64,000 nucleotides of DNA from Reclinomonas americana ATCC 50394 (taxonomy: Eukaryota). Positions 59,602 through 64,000 of this stretch are shown piece after piece. The position numbers and the translations under genes are program-made. Below the pieces are notes generated by a model. That model did not search any database and had not been told where the DNA came from. It saw only the letters and a list, made by a program, of their open reading frames with translations. Location: the NCBI GenBank assembly GCA_048213135.1, contig PS015217.1:84802-148801 (forward strand). Direction: 5' to 3'. Position 1 is the stretch's first letter, and each line of letters opens with the position of its first letter.

Positions 59602-62600
59602 ATGCCCAAGTGTGACTCTTCTGCCCATTCGCTCATGTGCCCTCGCCGCCGCCATCACTCGCGCGCGTCGCCGTGGGCTTGCGCAATGATATTGACTTTT
59701 GCTGTTGGCTTCCTCTCGCTGGCGCATGGCGCGAGTGCCACTGTTCCTCCAAGTTGCGTGTGCGACTGTGCGTGTGTGTACCTTGGTATGTGTCTCTCGA
59801 TGTGTGTGCGCGCGACCGTTTTTTTGCAATTGGCAGAAATGTGTGTGTTTTGGGGTCATGAGTGCGTTCGCGGGGGGTGGTGTCAAATCTAGACATGCAC
59901 ATTTGTGTGCGCCGGTGCGTGCATTTGTGAGTGCGGTGGTGCGCTGAATGCAGTGTCGATGAGAGCACGCGCGCGCATGTGAGAGAGAAATCGAAATTTA
60001 TCATCCATTTCTTCTCTCACGCACGCACATTTTCTCTCTGTCTCGCACGCACTCTCTGTCTCACTCTCCTCCACGCTCGCACTCTGAGCAGAAAGGGGAG
60101 AATGGTGCTTTTATGTCAAGTGCATTGCCTCACTCGCACTGTCTCACTCACACACTCGCTCTCCCTCTTTGTACACACGCAGTGTGCAGCAGCGGCAGCC
60201 AGCCAACCACGTACTGGGCAAGTGCGACGCTCGCTGTCGGTACCTGCACTGGCACATGGACGACCATTCTCAACTCCACAGCGGCTGCGCTGTGTGCCAC
60301 CAACTACTGGATCTGTTCCTACACAGATGCTGCGCCAAACGCACTTGGTTTGGTCGACTACACCCAGGCCATCGCGGTGGCTGGCTGCTTTGCGTACCGC
60401 GCGGCTGATGACGGTGGAACATGCAAGCAGCTCAACTTCTCCGACAGCAATGCCAATGAAGTCGCTGGCATTGGCGCCCAGTGCTCGTGAGTGCCGTTCC
60501 TCTGTCTCCTCACCCCCGCCTCTGTTCCTCCCTCTCTTGCCCCCGCCTCCGTCTCTCCTCTCTCTCTCCCCCGCTCCGTGTCTCCTCCCTCTCTCGCCCC
60601 CGCTCCGCGTCTCCTCTCTCGCCCCCGCTCCGCGTCTCCTCTCTCGCCCCCGCTCCGCGTCTCCTCTCTCGCCCCCGCTCCGCGTCTCCTCTCTCGCCCC
60701 CGCTCCGCGTCTCCTCTCTCGCCCCCGCTCCGCGTCCTCCTCCCTCCCCCGCGCCGTGTCTCCTCCTCTCTCGCCCCCGCTCCGCGTCTCCTCCCTCTCC
60801 CCCCCCCCCGCTCCGCATCTCCCCCCTCGTCCCCGCTTCGTCTCTCCTCTCGCCTTCAATGTCTCCTCCTCTCGCACCGCCCTCCATTCTGCCGTGCTTC
60901 GCACTCGTCCATCCCCCTCTCTGAAACCAGTGCCTTCCGCATTTCATGCCGTCTCATTTATTGTGCATGCAGAGCTCAAGGAGCCACGGCAACCAGTTGC
61001 TTCGGATCGGGCCTCGGTCGCATCGATTACGCCCAATCGAGCGCGAGCGGCGCCCGAAATACCGGTTTCTCGCCTGGTGGCGTTGTTTGCTGCGGACCGG
61101 CCACCAACAGCGCTCCTACGGACATCAGCTTGAGTTCTGCGACATATGTTGCTCCCTCGGTCGCGGGAGTTGTTGTGGGCACGTTGTCGACCACCGATCC
61201 AGACCCGATCGACACCAGCTTTACATACACCATCACGGGAGGCGCCAATGCAGCCAACTTTTCAATCTCGTGCGTCTGTGCCTGCCTGTGTAATCACTTA
61301 TTTCGGCTGCGTGTGCTATTTGCCACTAACTCCGTACGCTCCCTGATCCGTGCAGAGGCTCGACACTGTCCATCGTCACTGCGGGCCTCACGTCGACGTC
61401 GTTGTCTGGTGACGTTACGCTCCATGTGAGGCATCTTTATCATTGGGCGACTCATTGTTATTGCGCTGTCTAGTAACTGTGACGGCCAACGACGGCAAAG
61501 GAGGAACGTTTGCAAAAGCGTTCACCATACCCTCCATCAATAATGCGCCTACGGCGATCACGTACCTGGGTGCTCCGTGGTATCTGGGCCCAACGCCGAC
61601 TGCTGGGTATTTGGTCGGCGTCTTGTCGACGACAGATGTAGACTCGCAGCAGTCGTTCACATATGCCATTGTCGGCGGTGCGAACGCATCAAACCTATCC
61701 ATTGTCGGAAACAGTCTCTACATCAAGAATAATGGACAAAATGGCAATCTGGTGGTCAACATTCAAGTGACGGACAATGGCGTGCCTCCGCAGTCGTACA
61801 CTCAGTCATTTACGCTAACTCGTTGCGTTCATTCTTCGCCTTTTTCTGTTCACATGTATTTTGAGCCTCATCACCCACGTGTGCCTCAGCAAACACCGCT
61901 CCGTCCTCTCCGACATTGACGCCAACGACATATCCTCCTCCGCTAGCCTTGAACGGAGTGATCGGCACACTATCTGCAACGGATGTGAACTCTGGACAGA
62001 CTCTCTCGTACACGATTACGGGTGGCACCAACGCTGCGTCATTCAACATCAGTGGCACGAGTCTGCGATCGAATGTTGCTGGCCTCACTGGCAATGGCCT
62101 GCAAGTGATTGTGCAAGTGAGTGACGGAGTTGGTGGAACAGCAAGTGCGACATTTACCATCAACGAAGGTCAGTGTGCGATGAAGCTGTAGCTGTTATGG
62201 TTTACGATTTACCGTTTTCTGCAGTCAATGTTGCACCTTCTGCACCGACGCTGTCAAGCAACACGTACGCGGCGCCTCTCGCCATGAATGGCGTGATCGG
62301 CACGTTATCGTCGACGGATGGGAACACCGGGCAGACACTGACATACACGATTACCGGTGGCACGAACTCGGCGTCGTTCAACATCAGCGGCACGAGTCTG
62401 CGATCGAATGTGGCTGGCCTCACTGGCAATGGCCTGCAAGTGACTGTGCAAGTGAGCGACGGAACGTTGACAGCGAGCACCACGTTCACCATCAACGAAG
62501 GTGCTTTTTTGTTCATTGTCTCCTTCTTGGTCAGTTCTTTGCCTACGCGACGCTCAACGCGCCATGTCACTATGCAGTTAATATTGCGCCAACTGCGCCG

Positions 62601-64000
62601 ACGTTGTCGAGTAGCACCTACACGCCGCCGCTAGCCTTGAACGGAGTGATTGGCACGCTGTCGTCAACTGATCCGAACACTGGTCAGACACTGACATACA
62701 CAATTACGGGTGGCACGAACTCTGCGTCGTTCAACATCAGCGGCACGAGTCTGCGATCGAATGTGGCAGGTCTCACGGGCAACGGCCTGCAAGTAATTGT
62801 GCAAGTGAGTGACGGAGCAGGTGGGACGACAAGCACCACGTTCACCGTCAACGAAGGTCAGTGTGAATTTGCGGTGTCTGTCTGCACCGATGTCATTCCC
62901 CGGCGTTCGGTCACCTCAACCGTGCCATGTTTATGTGCAGTCAACGTTGCACCAACTGCGCCCGCTCTCTCGAGCAACACCTACACACCGCCGCTAGCCT
63001 TGAACGGAGTGATTGGCACGCTGTCGTCCACCGACCCCAACACTGGCCAGACACTGACATACACCATCACGGGCGGCACCAACTCGGCGTCGTTCAACAT
63101 CAGCGGCACGAGTCTGCGGTCGAATGTTGCTGGCCTCACTGGCAACAATTTGCAAGTGGTTGTGCGCGTGAGTGATGGAACTTTGACGGCGACGACAACC
63201 TTCACCATCAGCGAAGGTCGGTGTGAAGTGCGTGAATGGCTTTCTGTGAATGTGCTCACAGATCCTCTTATGTTTGTGTTCAGCCAACGTTGCGCCGACT
63301 GCACCAACTCTATCCAGCAGCACTTACACACCACCACTGGCGTCCAATGGAGTGATTGGCACGCTGTCGTCCACCGATCCAAACACTGGTCAGACACTGA
63401 CGTACACGATTACGGGTGGCACGAACTCTGCGTCGTTCAACATCAGCGGCACGAGTCTGCGGTCGAATGTTGCAGGTCTCACTGGCAATGGCCTGCAAGT
63501 GATTGTGCAAGTGAGTGACGGAGCAGGTGGGACGACAAGCACAACATTCACCATCAACGAAGGTCAGTGTGAGATGAAGCTGCAGCTGTGCTGGATTGCG
63601 ATTCACCGTCCTCTACAGCCAATGTTGTACCAACTGCGCCCGCGTTGTCGAGTAACACCTACACACCGCCGCTGGCGTCCAATGGAGTGATTGGCACGCT
63701 ATCGTCCACAGATCCGAACACTGGTCAGACACTGACGTACACAATTACGGGAGGCACGAACTCTGCGTCGTTCAACATCAGCGGCACGAGTCTGCGCTCG
63801 AATGTGGCTGGCCTCACTGGTAACAATCTACAAGTCATTGTACAAGTGAGCGACGGAGCAGGTGGTACAGCGAGCTCAACGTTTACAATCAGCGAAGGTC
63901 AGTGTGATATGAGGCTGTTGCTGCTGTGATGAATTGTGACTCACCGTCCTCTACAGCCAATGTCGTTCCGACTGCGCCCGCGTTGTCGAGTAGCACGTAC
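59602..64000 (+). CDS. Paralogous giant surface protein B: signal peptide, Cys-rich N-domain, at least 8 cadherin-like repeats (runs off window)
   Basis: Signal-peptide-like MILTFAVGFLSLAHGASA (ATG 59686; in-frame upstream ATGs at 59602 and 59635), intron 59753-60182, Cys-rich exons 60183-60486 and ~60973-61269 homologous to gene A, then repeat exons 61890-62168, 62225-62500, 62578-62856, 62941-63216, 63284-63562, 63619-63897, 63958 onward. Confidence 0.87.
60560..60795. repeat. Intronic 25-bp minisatellite (CTCTCGCCCCCGCTCCGCGTCTCCT)
   Basis: Head-to-tail copies without spacers in gene B intron 60487-60972. Confidence 0.9.

Noticed and set aside
60560-60795. 25-bp repeats as a CRISPR array
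   Set aside because: No unique spacers, no cas genes, and located in a eukaryotic intron.

Overview
Intron-dense, GC-rich eukaryotic (protist-like) scaffold with many N-gaps and microsatellites; I cannot name the organism. Hand-spliced genes in order: RPB2 (+), CYFIP/Sra1 (-), a DUF962/Mpo1-like membrane protein (+), a Ser/Pro-rich basic protein (-), a PLAC8 protein (-), a large orphan gene (+), a REM+CDC25 RasGEF (-), an alkaline-ceramidase-like membrane protein (-) that may be spliced onto the RasGEF, a region bounded by inverted repeats, and two tandem paralogous giant surface proteins (+) made of a Cys-rich N-terminal domain plus one-exon-per-domain cadherin-like repeats. The strongest unexpected signal is a second, abundant class of 5' splice site, GTTG(C/A)G. 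It is the usual GTGCG/GTGAG donor with one extra T. I found it in about 28 introns across 8 genes, always after a non-G last exon base, which suggests routine shifted/bulged-register donor recognition or a variant snRNA. All exon structures are manual inferences without transcript data.
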